In this document: positions 1 to 14,372 of the stretch, piece after piece
Position numbering within the stretch: position 1 is the stretch's first letter
How the letters are laid out: each line of letters begins with the position of its first letter
NCBI GenBank assembly: GCA_043228905.1
Contig: JBHGNT010000006.1
Coordinates: 1,736,001-1,800,000, forward strand
DNA from: Azolla caroliniana
Taxonomy: Eukaryota; Plantae; Polypodiophyta
Direction of reading: 5' to 3'
Length of the DNA: 64,000 bases
The notes under the pieces: model-generated
Database searches by the model: none
What the model was told of the DNA's origin: nothing
The model's input: only the letters and a program-made list of their open reading frames with translations
Program-made: the position numbers and the translations under genes

Positions 1-3000
1 CTATGGCGTGGAACCCCATGGAACCTTGACATCGATGCTGTCGTCAATTCTTCGAATGAGGTATGGACCAATCTGAACTTTAATGGTTCTCACTATGCAT
101 TATGGTTTTTATGTTATTGGGTTCTTTGCAGCATGATATGGTATGGTCAATTCATCTGTTGGAAGTCTGAATACCAATGAAATGGTGTAGGTATCTCCAA
201 GATAGTTTTCATTATTGGACGTAGTGGTGCATCCATTGGTTATGGGCTGCATTATTAGATGCATTGGCTTCATCCATTGATTTGTGTCTATGGAATTTTG
301 CGAGCATTCGTTATGGATTGAATTCCTTTATTGGATCCATTGGTTTGGGCCTATGGAATGGTGTAAAGATCCATTATGGATTTAATTATTGTAAACATTC
401 ATCTTTTTGGGGCATTCATGCCTATTGAATGGTGTAACAATCTCATTATAGTTCTCATAATGGGATTCATTGTTTTGAGGCATCAATCCCTATAGCATGG
501 TGTAAGGATTGAGCTTTGGTTTTTGTTATTAGATGCATTGTTCTGTTCACTCGTAATTGCCTTTGGAATGGTGTGAGGATACATCATGATTTTCATATTG
601 AATGCACTGGTTTCATTCATTAATTTGGGGCGTAAATGACTGTGGGATGATGTATGAATTTATCATGGTTTCCATTATTGGATTCGTTGGTTTCAATCAT
701 TGGTTTGAGGCATCCATGTCCCTATGAAACAGTATGATGATCCATTATGGTTTTCATTGGTTATATTCATTGATTTAAAGCATCAATGCATATGGAATTG
801 TGTGAGGATCTATTGTGGTTTTCATCATTGGATCAATGCATATTCATTTGTTTGAGACATCAATGCCTACTGGTGTACGGATTCATTCTTATTTCAGTAT
901 TAGATACATCAATACATCCATTGGCCAGAGGCAGTAATGCATATGGAAAGATCTAATAATATATTATGATATCCATTGTTTGAGGCATTAAGGCCTATGG
1001 TATGATCTAAGATCAATTATCGTATCCATTGGTTTGAGGCATCAAAGCCTATGGAATGGTGTAAGGATACATCATAGTTTTTTTTAATGGGTTCATTCGT
1101 ATCATTCATTGGTTTGATGCGTCAATGCCCATCAAATGGTTTGAACTCCATTATGGTTCTTTTGATTGGATGCATTGGTTTCATTTATTAATTTGATGTA
1201 CTGCTTTTGTTTTCTTGAGGCATCAATGCCCATTGAATGCCATGAAGATCCATTATGGTTTTCTTTATCGGGTCCATTTTCATTGTTTTGAGGCATCAAT
1301 GCTCATTGAATATTTTAAGATTCATTTTGAGGCAGTGGTTTCATCCATCGATCTGAGCCATCAATGCATTGATACTTGCCTCATTATAGTTGACACTCAA
1401 TCAATCAATTTGTGATCATGTATGATAAAACTGAATGAGTTTTTGCAATCCTTTACCAGAACTGTCCTTCAAAAGGCATGATTGATTTATCCTAGCTGCC
1501 TTCTAGAGTGTTGTGAAACCATCGTGGTTTACTTATTTGTCTTTGCCATCTTTTCATTACACTTGAAATTTACTACAAAAATTACTATCTTTCATGTGTT
1601 ATTGGAATAAAAAGGCCAACCCTATATTGTTGAAGCCCGCAAATATTGCGATTGATTTAGTTGCATGGCCACATTGAACAAATGTAATTACTATATACTT
1701 ATGTCTGAGACCTATAGTTCTCAAATTCAAATTGAGAATGAAGAACATAAGTGTATTGGGAATTGGGCCATGAACCTTTTTCTGTTCAATGCTAGTTTTA
1801 TATGTGGACATTGAGTACATGTACTATGACATATGAGAATAAATAATACATGCTAGCAACACTTAACGAATGACCACTAATTAAGTTTTTATATCTAATT
1901 TAAACTGTTCCTCGCTAACAGAATCTTGATGAGATGCATAGCAGTCCAGGATTACATGCTGCAGCAGGGCCAGGACTTGCTGAGGAATGTTCAACATTGG
2001 TTTGTTTCATTAGTCCTAAAGCCTAAGTTTATAAAAGAAATAGGAATAAATAGAGTTGTATGTATACTTTGTTTGCTTGTATTATAAATGTTAACCATTT
2101 TTATGAAATGTCTAATCTTAAAACAGGGTGGCTGTAGAACTGGTATCGCTAAAGTAACCAACGCTTATGACTTGCCAGCAAGGTAAAAGGTGTACGTTTT
2201 GTTTTTTTATTTCTGTCCACATCATAGACATTTTATTTTCCTTAGATATTGATTTTTTTCTTATCAAGTCAAAACATGAATTAAAAGTATAATCAGCTAT
2301 GTTAGCTATGTTAGCTATGTTAGCTTGTGCCCATTCTTATATTCGACGAGGAATTTATAGAACTCTCCATGATCCTGCTCTTACTTGTCTATTAGCTGCA
2401 TCCTCAGCTGAATAGGATGTATTTATATTCCTCTTAAAAGACGTTAATATATCTTTCTTTCGTTCAAACTTTACTTTTCCATGTTGCTTAATGACATGCT
2501 ATTAGAGCATCATGCTCTTTTAATCCCAAATTGTGTTTTAGTATCTTTGGGCCTAGTCACTTTTTAGGGTTTCCTATTGCAGTTTTGCAGATCAGTCAAC
2601 TGGCTGCGGTTTGTTCAGATTGGACCCATGTTCACTAGATTCTCTCAAAATTCTCTCAGCTTAGCTATTTGAACACACAAGCCATTATTCAGGCTCCGGA
2701 TTTCTTCAGCTTTGTCCTCCTACAACTCATATGTTTGTCAGTTATGTATTCTGGAGGATCTTTGTTGAGTTGCAATTGTTGGACTTGAAGGGTGTACAGA
2801 TTCATTAGAATTCCTTGTTGGAGGTTGGTATGTAGCATAGCATTGCTTCTAGTTGATGCTCATTTCTCATCGTTCCTTTTATATCCGGTCATGTTAAAAC
2901 TTGTGCAGTCTTTTTTATACTTAGTCAGCAGAGCTGATTGGAACTTCTACAACACAATTCTCTTAAAAAAGAACCTAGATTATTCCAACTTAAATAGAAA

Positions 3001-6000
3001 TTGCAGTGTGGTAGTTAACTGCCTGAGTTCAGGGTTTAGTTCTAGAACAACCTGCAGAACTCATCACTTCTTAAGCATAATATCTCACGCTTTTTCAATG
3101 GTGCATGTATGGGTGAATCGGTTGTATTATGTTTGGAGTTCTCTAATTGTTGCATGTATGAATGGATTGCTTGGGACATTATTGATGTTCTCACAAAAGA
3201 ACCATGTGACGTTATTTTTCTTATGATCAACTAATCCATTTTAAGCTTTAAAGTGAATAGAAAATATGGTCGAGGATTAATATTCACGGTGAAATTTTAG
3301 GAGGGACTATATGTTCCAAGAACTCCACAATGAACTTGCTGTATGTGGCAAACCGAAGTCTGTTGAGAATTGAGATATTTCAATTTGACTGTTACTGAAG
3401 CTTCTCGAATATTCATGCTTTCAACCCCCTTGTTATTGAGTTGTAATTCTGTCACCATAGAGGTGTTGTGCCATACACCGAAGAAACCCACACCATTAAA
3501 ACAGATATCACACACCCATGATGGGCCTAGTCATGCTTCAACCCACAATGCAAACGTTATGAAGCACAAGCTCTACCACTAGACCATCATGTGAACAGCC
3601 GTGGCCTCCTTGATCTAGATTGAAGTAAGCTAAGTCTTCCATTCCGTTATCTAGTGAGTATTGTTGTGGTCTTTACAAATAGAAAGGGAACTTCAGTAGT
3701 TTCTGTTAGAGGTTGACTAATCATTAAGCAAAATATAAGGAAAGAGAGACCAAAGAAAGGAAAGAGCGGTGCCAGACCACCTGACCACCCCCTAGAGATG
3801 GCGTGAGATGGACCCGAATCTCCTTGATGTCGCATGCCACTGAATGTTGATATGGTTGGTTTCCATGAGCATCGCATGTGCTTAGCCGAAAAGAGCCATA
3901 GCCACATTGACAGAGTCTTGACGTAGGGCCATCTTCCTCTCTTTAGAAGGTAGCTAGCCTTCTTATATAGGCATCAATGTACTTTTATCTTCAAAAACCA
4001 TATATACAAAGCTAGAGTTTTTTAACATCTTCCCTCATGTTGATTGTGATAATCAATCTTTGTTCATGGGAAGACCTCATATATTTTACTTTCAAAAATG
4101 TTTGATTTTTGTGGATGCACATTTCTGACAAATTATTTTGCCTTACAAATAAACAGGAAAGTTATTCACACAGTTGGCCCAAGGTATGCACCAAAGTACC
4201 ATACAGCTGCAGAGAATGCTTTAAGTCACTGCTACCGCTCATGTCTTGAGACATTAATTGAACTTGGCCTTACAAGGTTTACCTAATTTTATCTTTTGAT
4301 AATTTAGACCGAATTTGTGAACATTTTTCTTTCTTTAATTGAATCTTCTAAGTTGTGCCATGTTCAGCATTGCCTTTGGGTGTATCTATACAGAATCAAA
4401 GGGTTATCCACGTGAAGAAGCAGCTCATGTTGCAATAAGTAAGTAAATTCATTGTATGACATAGAAACTATGGAGTTTGTTGAGTTATGCATTTGTAATG
4501 ATTATGAAGAGTATTTTCAGGAACCGTACGCCGGATTCTAGAAAAATATCAAGGAAGAATCTCTGCTGTAGTATTTTGCACTTCCACAACATCAGATACA
4601 GAGATTTACAAACGGTGCTGATATGGAAAATAACTGGTTTAATCTCTTAAAAGTGTGCACGATCATACTTGTATGCACACATGCTTTATGACAAACAAAT
4701 TTATAGATTCATTGAAGACATGGATATCACACCCACACCCTGCGGCTATCTAGATATTAACATATGAACACTCCCATGTGATATTTGGACTCTTGCATCT
4801 ATATACATATGAATACATACATACATACATATGCACGTATGTATGTACGTATGTATATGCAAACATGCATTCATAATCTTCTATCTTATCCAGCTGATCA
4901 AGGCCCTGTGTTGCACATGTACTACACTAACACTCCCATGTGATATTTAGACACTTGCCTATATGTACATATAAAAACATACATACATATGCACATATGT
5001 ATGTATGTATACCAAACATTCATTCATAACCTTCTATCTTATCCAGCTGATCATGGCCCTTTGTTGCACATGTACTATATCAATCCAAAATGTTTGCATT
5101 CATGGTGCACTGAAATGCCTTCTTTCAATATTTGCAGGCTTCTTCCTCTATATTTTCCCAGAAACAAATCAGAAGAAGAAATGGCTCGATCAAAGCTTCC
5201 CCAAGATGTTGGGGATGAGAATGGGGAGACCAATATCTCTGAGCGTAGAATCAGAATTACAGCTCTTCCAGTGCCCTTGACATCATTTCCAAGCTACATT
5301 CCAAGCATCAATGATCAAGAAGCTAATGGAAATGATACACAAATTGCTTCCACTAGGTCTCTGCTATCAGGATATGCTTAACAAAATATTCAAAATGGCA
5401 AAAACAATCAGTTTTGTGCTGATTATTAGTTCTTTTCATCATGCAGAACTTTATCACTGGATGCATTTATTGATCCTTTATTCATGACAATGATGAAGGA
5501 TCCTGACCAGAGAAGGAAAGAGCAGTGGGAAAGAGTTGCACAAGCACAAGCTGGATGGACCTGGGCAAAATGGTTAGGTTTAGGTAATATCGGTGGACCG
5601 CCCCTCACGGTCGCAGAAGAAGATTCACTTCATGCTCGGTATCTTGCACGGTCCAATTCAGTAAACCTCACAGAGATTGCAGAAATGAAAATTCTGTGAG
5701 TTTTTGTCTCATGTGATGCCATTATCTAACAACCAATGATATGTTCCATACATGTAGGAAGAAACTGTTGAGTTTTCTTTATTTTGCCAAATGCTGCTAA
5801 ATATTTTGGCTATTTGGTCCAAATGTCATTGGTCAAACCTCCCTCGAGCAATTATGTGTGCTATTTGAGCATTATGGTCTATTCATCCCTTTTGTCTCAA
5901 TTATATGCTCAATTCATCCCTTCTCTCTCTCTCTCATACACACGCGCATCTTGACCAGGGTTGTTTGTGGAAATAATGAAAACTTAAGGTTTTTTTATGA

Positions 6001-8047
6001 AGTAAAGAAAAGATTGTGGGATATTTTGGATTTTTTTATCTAATTATATTTGTGATTGGGAGTTTCTGCCCCATTAACACACAATGGAGTTGATTTTTTA
6101 TTAGGTATCGTGGTGGAGTTGACGCTGAAGGACGGCCTGTTATGGTGATTGTTGGAGCACATTTTTTGCTACGTTGTCTTGACTTGGAACGATTTGTGCT
6201 ATATGTTGTGAAGGTATTATTTTCTTTAGAAAACAAAATCAATTGAGTATCTATATTTGCTTTGGGCCTTATCCTGATGGCATATTACTTGTCTCTATTG
6301 AATTAAATTATATTGTGACTCACTTCCATTTGGTTCTAATTGTTCTTCTATGTAGTGCATGGCTGGAATCTCCTCATATGTCAAGGGTTATACTTTGCCA
6401 TTTGTTAATTCTTCGTTTATAAGTTTTCATTTTGTAATACATCTTTCCTTGCAGGAATTTGAGCAACTGATACAAAGGCCTTATTCAATCGTCTATTTCC
6501 ATTCTGCAGCGGCATTACAAATGTAAACTTTAATATATATATATATATATATATAAGATTCTTTTTTTCCTGGATTGTCAAAGTCATTAGGATTTTTTTA
6601 TAATTTGTTGTTTTTGGTTTTGGAAAAAAAAAGGTTGATGATAATGGTTATTTTAATTTAGTTTGCAATTTGGTTTTAAGACAGGCAACCTGACTTGGGA
6701 TGGATGAAGCGCATTCAACAGATATTGGGTCGAAAACATAGAAAGAATTTGCATGTATGAATCTTTTACGTATTGAATTGGATAGGTCTTTTTGTTTCTC
6801 AGATGATTGTTTCCTCCTTTTGTTTTGTTAGCTTTATTCACGCAAGTCTGCAATAAGATAAATTGTTTTCTGGTAGCCAAATCTTAAAACTGAGGTCCTC
6901 TTTTTATCACTCTTCACATCTTATGTGTTTTTAGCACTAGTTTTCTCATTCTCTAATGTCAGCCACTTCTTTCCAAACAAAAGGTCATATTATTAGATTC
7001 ACATATCTTTGATGATTATCTGCCTTATATCCAGACATTTTCAACGCTTGTGTGAAGTATTTTACTTCCCAGGCACTCTTTTCCTCTTCATACTCTGAAT
7101 TTTTCTACATATATAGGTATTCATTGGTTCCACGTCTCCCTTGTGAATCCATAATCATCCCCTTTGGAGGAATCTTCTCTTCTAAATGACCTCTTGCTTT
7201 TGATGTTTCCTGAAGGCTGTGTGATGCTGATATGTGCTCACTCCTTTCATGTACAATACTGATGTGATGCAAGAACAACTCATGCATTATGTGATACAAG
7301 GAACAACTCATGCATTATGTGATACAAGGAACAACTCCTGAAAGTAGTTATTTGATACAAGGTACAACTCATGACAGTTGTGAACGTTATACAAGATGCA
7401 ATTCATTAAAATAGTTGTCCAAGAGCTTCAAAATGTATAGCTAAGTAAATAAACCTCTGGTGTGGCCATATTAACCGCTCATCTCTGTCTTTTTCTTATT
7501 TAAAAAAGGCTATATATGTTCTTCATCCTACCCTTGGTTTGAAGACGGTTGTTCTGGCATTGCAGCTTTTCGTTGAACCGGAGGTAAGAACAACATTTGA
7601 CGTTTTCCATTGAAAATGGTAAAGATAATGAACAAAATTCTCATTTTTCTATGGAAATGGTAGCAAATGATTTAATTAAAAGTCTTTTTCTCACTATGCA
7701 TTGATAAAGGTGTGGCGGAAGATTGTATATGTGGAGCGACTCTTGCAGCTTTTCCGATATGTACCACGGGAACAGCTCACAATTCCCGATTTTGTTTTCC
7801 AGTAAGCACATTGTTTTCACATTTCAAAGAAATAAACGAAAACAAAATAGTCTTGAAAGGAATTTCAAATACTTTGAAAAAAAGAATCAAAAGAAAATAA
7901 ATAAAATAAGTATATATATATAGTGGAAAATAATTTCAAAAGTAGCTGTTGACTTGAACTTATGATTGGTGCAGGCATGATTTGGAGGTTAATGGTGGGA
8001 AGGGTGTTATAGATCCTAGAACAAGATATATCACAAACAGGCCCTAG
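1..8047 (+). CDS. GDAP2: GDAP2-like protein (macro/Appr-1"-p domain + CRAL-TRIO/Sec14 domain), 5'-partial, 14 exons visible
   Basis: In-frame GT-AG exons: <1-60, 1922-1999, 2127-2182, 4157-4276, 4368-4438, 4521-4614, 5138-5356, 5447-5695, 6105-6213, 6455-6522, 6685-6754, 7509-7583, 7710-7801, 7975-8047 (TAG). Macro domain: LWRGTPWNLDIDAVVNSSNE..GGCRTGIAKVTNAYDLPARKVIHTVGPRY. CRAL-TRIO: YRGGVDAEGRPVMVIVGAHF..AIYVLHPTLGLK..LTIPDFVFQHDLEVNGG. Confidence 0.95.
90..1375. repeat. Degenerate intronic tandem array, about 65-80 bp unit
   Basis: Many diverged copies of CCATTGGTTTGAGGCATCAATGCCTATGGAATGGTGTAAGGATCCATTATGGTTTTCATTATTGGAT fill the first visible GDAP2 intron. Confidence 0.85.
4768..5078. 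repeat. Tandem duplication, about 160 bp x2, in a GDAP2 intron
   Basis: ACACTCCCATGTGATATTT...TCTATCTTATCCAGCTGATCA..TGTTGCACATGTACTA occurs from about 4768 and again from about 4930. Confidence 0.8.
7264..7410. repeat. Minisatellite, about 28 bp unit
   Basis: GTGATACAAGGAACAACTCATGCATTAT repeated about 4-5 times with decay. Confidence 0.8.
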
Positions 8048-8789
8048 TAATTATTATATATCATGTACGGTTTGTCTCATATTAAGATTTTAATATTACT
8101 TGTTTTTTTTTTCCAAAAAAAATATTTTTGATTTGATCAGCTATATATTTGTTAGTATTCTTTATGACAAGGTTTTGATGTTTTATTGAGTTATCTCTTT
8201 ATCATTATTCCTTCTTGTTTGTTACATACCAATGTATCAGGCAATGTTATGATATTTAATTTCATTCTTTATTCATTTAAAAGGCTCGTCATGTGTTTGT
8301 TTAATTATGTTCCGAGTCATGTTTGTATGACTGGTCTTTGATTTATTATTTTCAAAGTAATGTTTTTATGTAAATATGCCTTTCATAATTGTAGGAAATA
8401 AAATATGTTACCAAGACTTTCATCGCCTAGAAAGATTTCACTTAGTTAAATTTGCATTATTGGAAAAATCTCCTTCCGAAGATTCCTAGTGTTCAAAAAG
8501 ATTCTGTCCTTTCCGGTTGAGTTTTTCATTATAATGGGTAATATGATTGAGCATTTTCGATTGTACTTAGTGGTAATATTTCCCCTGCACATTAGTAAGA
8601 GTGTTTGCTTTTTACTGCTTTGTTTGCAAGGCTCACACATGTCAATCACATAGATGTGTTGAGGTTACATTAATAGAACTCTATTTGAGTTCTCAATCAT
8701 TGTAATCACTATAGAATCGGGGTGATGCTGACTATGGTCAGAGACTCTTAATGGTTGCTTTGAGTTCTCAATCGTTATGATGATTGTGC

Positions 8790-11330
8790 CGGAGTGGCAC
8801 TCAATGTGGTAAGTGTTTATTCGTGGTTGGTTGCTTGCCCAACAATGCCTCCAAAGTTCTTGTTGATCAAGCTCTATGGTTGAGCTGGCTTGCAGTATTG
8901 CATTCTTGCTTATGGATGGTTTGCACTATATTGGTACATAATTGTAGAATTTCACATGTTGTACCTCTTGTTCACAAATTGGCATACATTGCTTGTTTAC
9001 ATGGAAGAGGACATTGTTGCGTCACACCACCTTTTGTTGTATTGAGTCCCACAATCAATAGCTAGAGTTGATGTTGATGTAGATAGTGTATCCTAAGAAG
9101 ATACGTCGCTTGAACATTGGGTTAGTCAATATGTGTGAATAGGCTTCACATCCAAAGATTTAGAGACGATCATAATTTAGTTTCTTTTTGGACCATAACT
9201 CTTGCTATATCTATGGTTCAAAGGCCTTTGAGAGAAAAAATTCATCACATATATCATTGTAAGTAGTGCCTCTGCCCAAAACCCTTGTCCCAACCTTGTG
9301 TGTTTGGCATTGGTATGATCCATTCTTGAATTGTTTTGTTCATTTTTCAATTTCTTCTAATGTTGCATCCCTATTTGTTCAAGGAATTCAACAAAGGTTA
9401 TTCTCCCCCGTTTTCTATGCATAGGATATTTTGTTGATATCTCAACTCATCAACATAACGCATCATCCATATGATGAAGGTGGGGAAAGCTTTGTCCTTT
9501 GTCTTGAGCAAATACATTGAGAATTTTTTTGTCATTTCGTTGATGAATGAAATGAATCCTAATGGTTCCTCCTAGAGACCAGTGTGGCATTTGTCCACAA
9601 ATATCATAGCGAACCAGCTCTAGCAGCTTCCTCGATCTTTCGTAATGCAAGGTATGTGATGTCATCATTGCTTATCATATTGACAATGTTCGCAAAAGTT
9701 GAACTTAGAGTTGTTCAAACGGGGAATGTATCCCTTTTTCAATAGCTCCTTCATTCCATAATATGGCATGTATGTGATCCTTCCATGTTAGTAAGGAGGA
9801 TTTGGTGGCTTGGTCACATATATCGTTAAGTCCCTCTGTAGAACTGTCAGTCCCTTTAAACCTTTAGTAGAAGTTGGCTTTGGTGGTATGGACTAGACTT
9901 TGTAACAGTTGGATGATAGTCCCATTCACACTCCACAAAGTTCTTCTGCCATGCTCCTACCCATAACTTCGTCCTATAAGACCATTTTTTATAGATTACA
10001 GTTGCTCACATAGATAGTACACCGAACATTAAGAATCCACAAGACATGGGCTTCCAATCCCACGATAGAACGTGAAGAGTGAAGTTGTCAACGGTCGATA
10101 GCTCACCTACATTGCGGTAAAGTAATCATAATGAGTTATAGAAGCAAATCTATAATGAAGAGCACCAATCATGGCCCAACCAACCTGGTCATGTAGGAAA
10201 ATAAAGATTCGCGTCATACGAAGGGCGCCACAATGGGGATGAAAGAATTGGATGAAGCATATTTTCGACTGAGAAGGGCACTACCTAAAATCCATGTCAT
10301 GGTCAAATCTATAATTGTGGTGCTCTCGGTGAGGCTATGACAACATGGTGTTCCAATGTGGATCCTAAAGTAGCTTGGTTGGGTGACCTACACGACATAA
10401 TTCAACATGATAAGGAGCTTGTTCAAGCAACATGGATCAACATGACATGAAGGTCACTTGATTCAAGACAGATTTTCTCAATAATCTACATACTCAATAC
10501 AACATGAATCCCCTCGATGGCCAACTCAATGGCACATCCAATTGCAAGAAAGAACTCCAAAATATCAATATCTTTGGGAACACATGGGAGGTGAAATGTG
10601 CAACAAGGTTTTTTGGCTCATGTTCCCTTTTCATTGTATCTAGACTAATCCCTTTAGTACCAATGCCAATTCAAATGTCAGCGAAACACATGAGAAACAT
10701 CCACTTAGGATCCCCCTAACCTAATGAGTGTGCACCTCTTGGGTGAGTCAATTGGTAGACTAGTGGGATGGCAAGGTTATGTCTCCCATTATAGTGGTAT
10801 TCTTTGCAAACTCCTTCTGATTGTCTTAGATCATGTCTTATATGATGTGCTATCTTAAATTCTCATGTGTAGTACGAGTGTAGGATTATAATTTGTATCT
10901 AGAGACCAAGCACTAGTCAGCTCGTGGGGATATTATTGAGTTCAAAGGAAAGTCTTCCAAAGTGGTCATATGCATGGGAATCGGGATGTAAGATTTAGGG
11001 CATAGTTCATAGAAACTCGGTAATAACGTGATGATTTAGATAGGGTTTAGGATGATGATTGAGATAGTGCTTTGGATGTCAAGGTCAAGTATATAACTAT
11101 ATTGGTTGGTCAATGTAATCATGACCCTAATAGTCATATGCATGGGAATAGGGGTGTAAGATTTAGGGCATAGTTCATAGTTCATGACCCTAATAGTTCA
11201 TATGCATGAGCTACTTTACCCAAGACAATCTCACATTGAGCTTCGTTGATACAAATTCTAAGTCTTGTGTGTGTGCTATCTTAAATTCCTCATGTGTAGT
11301 ACGAGTGTAGGATTATAATTTGTACCCAAT
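8790..11330 (-). mobile_element. Decayed Ty1/Copia LTR-retrotransposon relic
   Basis: Minus-strand ERSRKLLELVRYDICGQMPHWSLGG matches the GAG-pre-integrase/rve start. ENGGE and KMNKTIQE are integrase-like remnants. RT-like remnants lie at about 10080-10500. Direct repeats at 10845-10896/11273-11324 and 10965-11011/11133-11180. Many stops and frameshifts. Confidence 0.7.
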
Positions 11331-13860
11331 ATAGTAATTTTAATTAAATATGTTGTATTTAAAGTGTCAGCCGTATTTCATGATGTTTTAGATCAGTTTT
11401 TCATGTCTTGGAACATAGTAACTAAGATGCATACCTACTACAATTTTGTTAATGAAAGCTCTATACAAATTTTATGTGCTTTGGAGGTTATTGGAAAAAT
11501 ATCAATGAAGGTTCCAACTTTTGTCACTATGAAATTATACACATGATTAAAATAACTTATGTTCCTTAATTAAGGTAAGCCAAAAATCTATCCATCCATC
11601 GAGATCTAATCTTAATATTTAACCACAATACTTCCATGCCTTGGTTCTCAAAAATGTACATATTCTTATAGCATTACGTATTATTTTATGTGGCATATAT
11701 TATTGTTGTGAATTAAACATTTCAAATTGAGTATATATCATAAAAGGAAGCACATGCTAGTATTCAAAGATGAGTGACTTGGTATGAATTTAAAATAGTA
11801 TTCATGTTAGTGATCTATTTATTGTTAAAAGGCTTACACAAGAATCTGACAAAGGTTGTACACACAATGTGCTACTTTTCGCATTTACTATTGTAACATT
11901 ATGTAAAGTGCCTCAAGTCATTGTACATAGGAGTGTTTGGATTTGGGCCTTGCTTTGCACTCATACAACTCATATAAATACACTACTTTAGGGAGGGGGT
12001 CACCCTATGAGTGGCGAACATTTACTAAGTGATAGGACCACAACAATTTATTTTTTGTTTGGGATATTTTCAATGAATTAATTCACTACTTTGACAAAGA
12101 AGCGTCACCCAACAACATGCTCCTCAAGTTACAAGGGAATTCTATGTGTGCCCATGGTTGAGCACATTCTCTTGAGGAGAAAATGTCATTTATAAAGATA
12201 TTGCATGGAATATTATTTGCTATTTATAGTGGTAATTATCATGATAAGGTATAAATGATTGTAAAATATATCCTCCCAATTGGACGATATGACATAATTA
12301 ATCATAGATCCGAAACCATATCTCATTAACATCCAAACTAAGTAATTGGCATGATGATGTCGAATGTGAAGTTACCTCAAGGTTTGATGTTGATCAAAGG
12401 TTACAGTAAGACTTCATTGGCTTAGACAGAGCTAAAGCTTGTTGGGAATCAAATTCACCATTTTTCATTGGGTCTACAATATCCACAATGTTGCACACAT
12501 TTGGGAGGGTGACACCAAGCTCAAGGTCATACATTTTTAATTAGTGCTACAATATCCACAATGTTGTACACCTCTATAGGTTTTAGTAAGGCAATTTGCA
12601 ACTTTCAATCCTTTCAACTTGCATGGAGAGAGTTCATGTACATGGACAATTGCTACTACAACTTTCACATTCATGTGCTACAACATTGACACAACTTTGT
12701 CCTAGATTAATTGGTTCATTTTCTTGGAAACATCTTCAGCTCTTGTTAGATTCCTTATTCTTCATAGAAGATCTTAAATTCATTGGAATATTTGTAGTTT
12801 AAGGGCATGTAGGAAACCAATTAAGCCCATACACATGGGACAAACCTATAGAGATGGTGGTCTGGGAGACTTAGGTGTTGGGCTATATTAAGGGTGCAAG
12901 CTACCTACCGTTGTCATTACAACATCTTCAAATATTGGTGAGAATTCTTCCTTTAAGTTATTATGCCTACAACATCCACCAATTTTTGGCATCTACTACT
13001 AAAAAATACACGTTTGTGACATGGTTTTAGATTGTCAACATCACAAGCTAAATTGAGATCCAATATATTGGGTCAAGTTGGTGGGTTCCTTCCTATCAAA
13101 TGGGCTTCCATTGTCCTTCTAAATCAAAACATCTTGGATTTGATTTTTTGATAGGGGGAACTTGTTCCATCAAACTTCTAGACCTCTCAAGCTTCCTCTT
13201 CTTAGATATGTGAAGTCCCCTTGGAAGCTTCTTGTGTATGATGAACCACACTCAACGTGTTTGGTGTCATGGTGGATGTCTTCATGACATTTGGGTTCCA
13301 CATTATCCAAACTCTTCCCCTTCTTCCCAACAATGAAATCTTACACCAAGACTACAAGAAGGACGAGATATACTCACCACATCGCTCCAATTTGGCACAA
13401 CACGCAACGAATACAAAGAGATAGTACACTACATTTAATAAAAAAATGTTAGAAATGATGAGTTCACTAGTCAATAGAATAGATACAACAACATGTACAA
13501 GAGTTGTTGCTATCTCACTCTTCAAATCTCTACAACTTCATGAAGACGAACCCTCTCCAAGTCATACATCTCTCATATTTATGCTAACACTTGCCCAACT
13601 CATTCACCATTTATTTGTTTCATGTGTCCTTGGTATATCGCCCGTTCAACCAAAGCTAAGCAATTTAGGCCACCTAAGCACATTAGCTTCGGTGGTCTTT
13701 GGAGGATATGTTTTTTCTTCGATAGGAATAAAACCTTTGAAGGCGTAAAGTTAGCGTAATTATTTATTTCCTTATGCATGGGAGCAATGGTCAACGATAC
13801 TCAGAGTTCATGCATACTTGATAACAAAGAGAGATAGATTATATTATCGTCTTCAAAGGT

Positions 13861-13863
<3 letters not shown>

Positions 13864-13940
<77 letters not shown>
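13864..13940 (+). repeat. (GA)n microsatellite
   Basis: Pure GA run directly 5' of a LINE fragment. Confidence 0.98.
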
Positions 13941-13943
<3 letters not shown>

Positions 13944-14313
13944 GTTTTGTCACCTTTTCAATGGGTTTTCATTGAAGGTGATAGAGTTTTACCATCCCCA
14001 TAGTATAAGTTTGTGTTTGATTATTTGAGGTACTTGGGCATGTGGTATATTTGGAACTTGCAGAATGGTTTCTTATTTGATGGGCTTTCTGGAGTATCTC
14101 AACAAATATGTAGGATCAGAGGAATGTTGATTTGGCAGTTTTCACAGTTGTGTTGTATGGGAACTTTGTCCCCAGATAAGTTACATTTGTGTCGTTTTGT
14201 ATTGCAGCACCTTAGAAGGTTGCCCTTGCCACATCGCTACTTTTGAAGTAGTTTTGATAGCAAGGTTTTTTTGTATTGTCATGTTGTTTGAATATAAAAA
14301 TATATGTAGGAAA

Positions 14314-14319
<6 letters not shown>
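13941..14319 (+). mobile_element. 5'-truncated L1-type LINE (ORF2 C-terminus + 3' UTR) flanked by (GA)n
   Basis: SPFQWVFIE..FVFDYLRYLGMWYIWNLQNGFLFDGLSG aligns by eye with TFRQWVFAQ..IVFLFMRYWGLRHNWNMRKTFLFDGKHG at 61642. An A-rich end is followed by (GA)n at 14320-14367. Confidence 0.75.
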
Positions 14320-14370
<51 letters not shown>

Positions 14371-14372
14371 CA

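Noticed and set aside
2840-2940. Possible intronic C/D-box snoRNA (TGATG..CTGA)
   Set aside because: The C box is imperfect and I see no terminal stem or recognisable rRNA guide.
4989-5381. 130-aa ORF as a standalone gene
   Set aside because: It is GDAP2 exon 5138-5356 with intron read-through.
12300-13760. Possible further LTR-element relic
   Set aside because: It has TE-like texture but no motif, PBS or terminal repeat that I can support.
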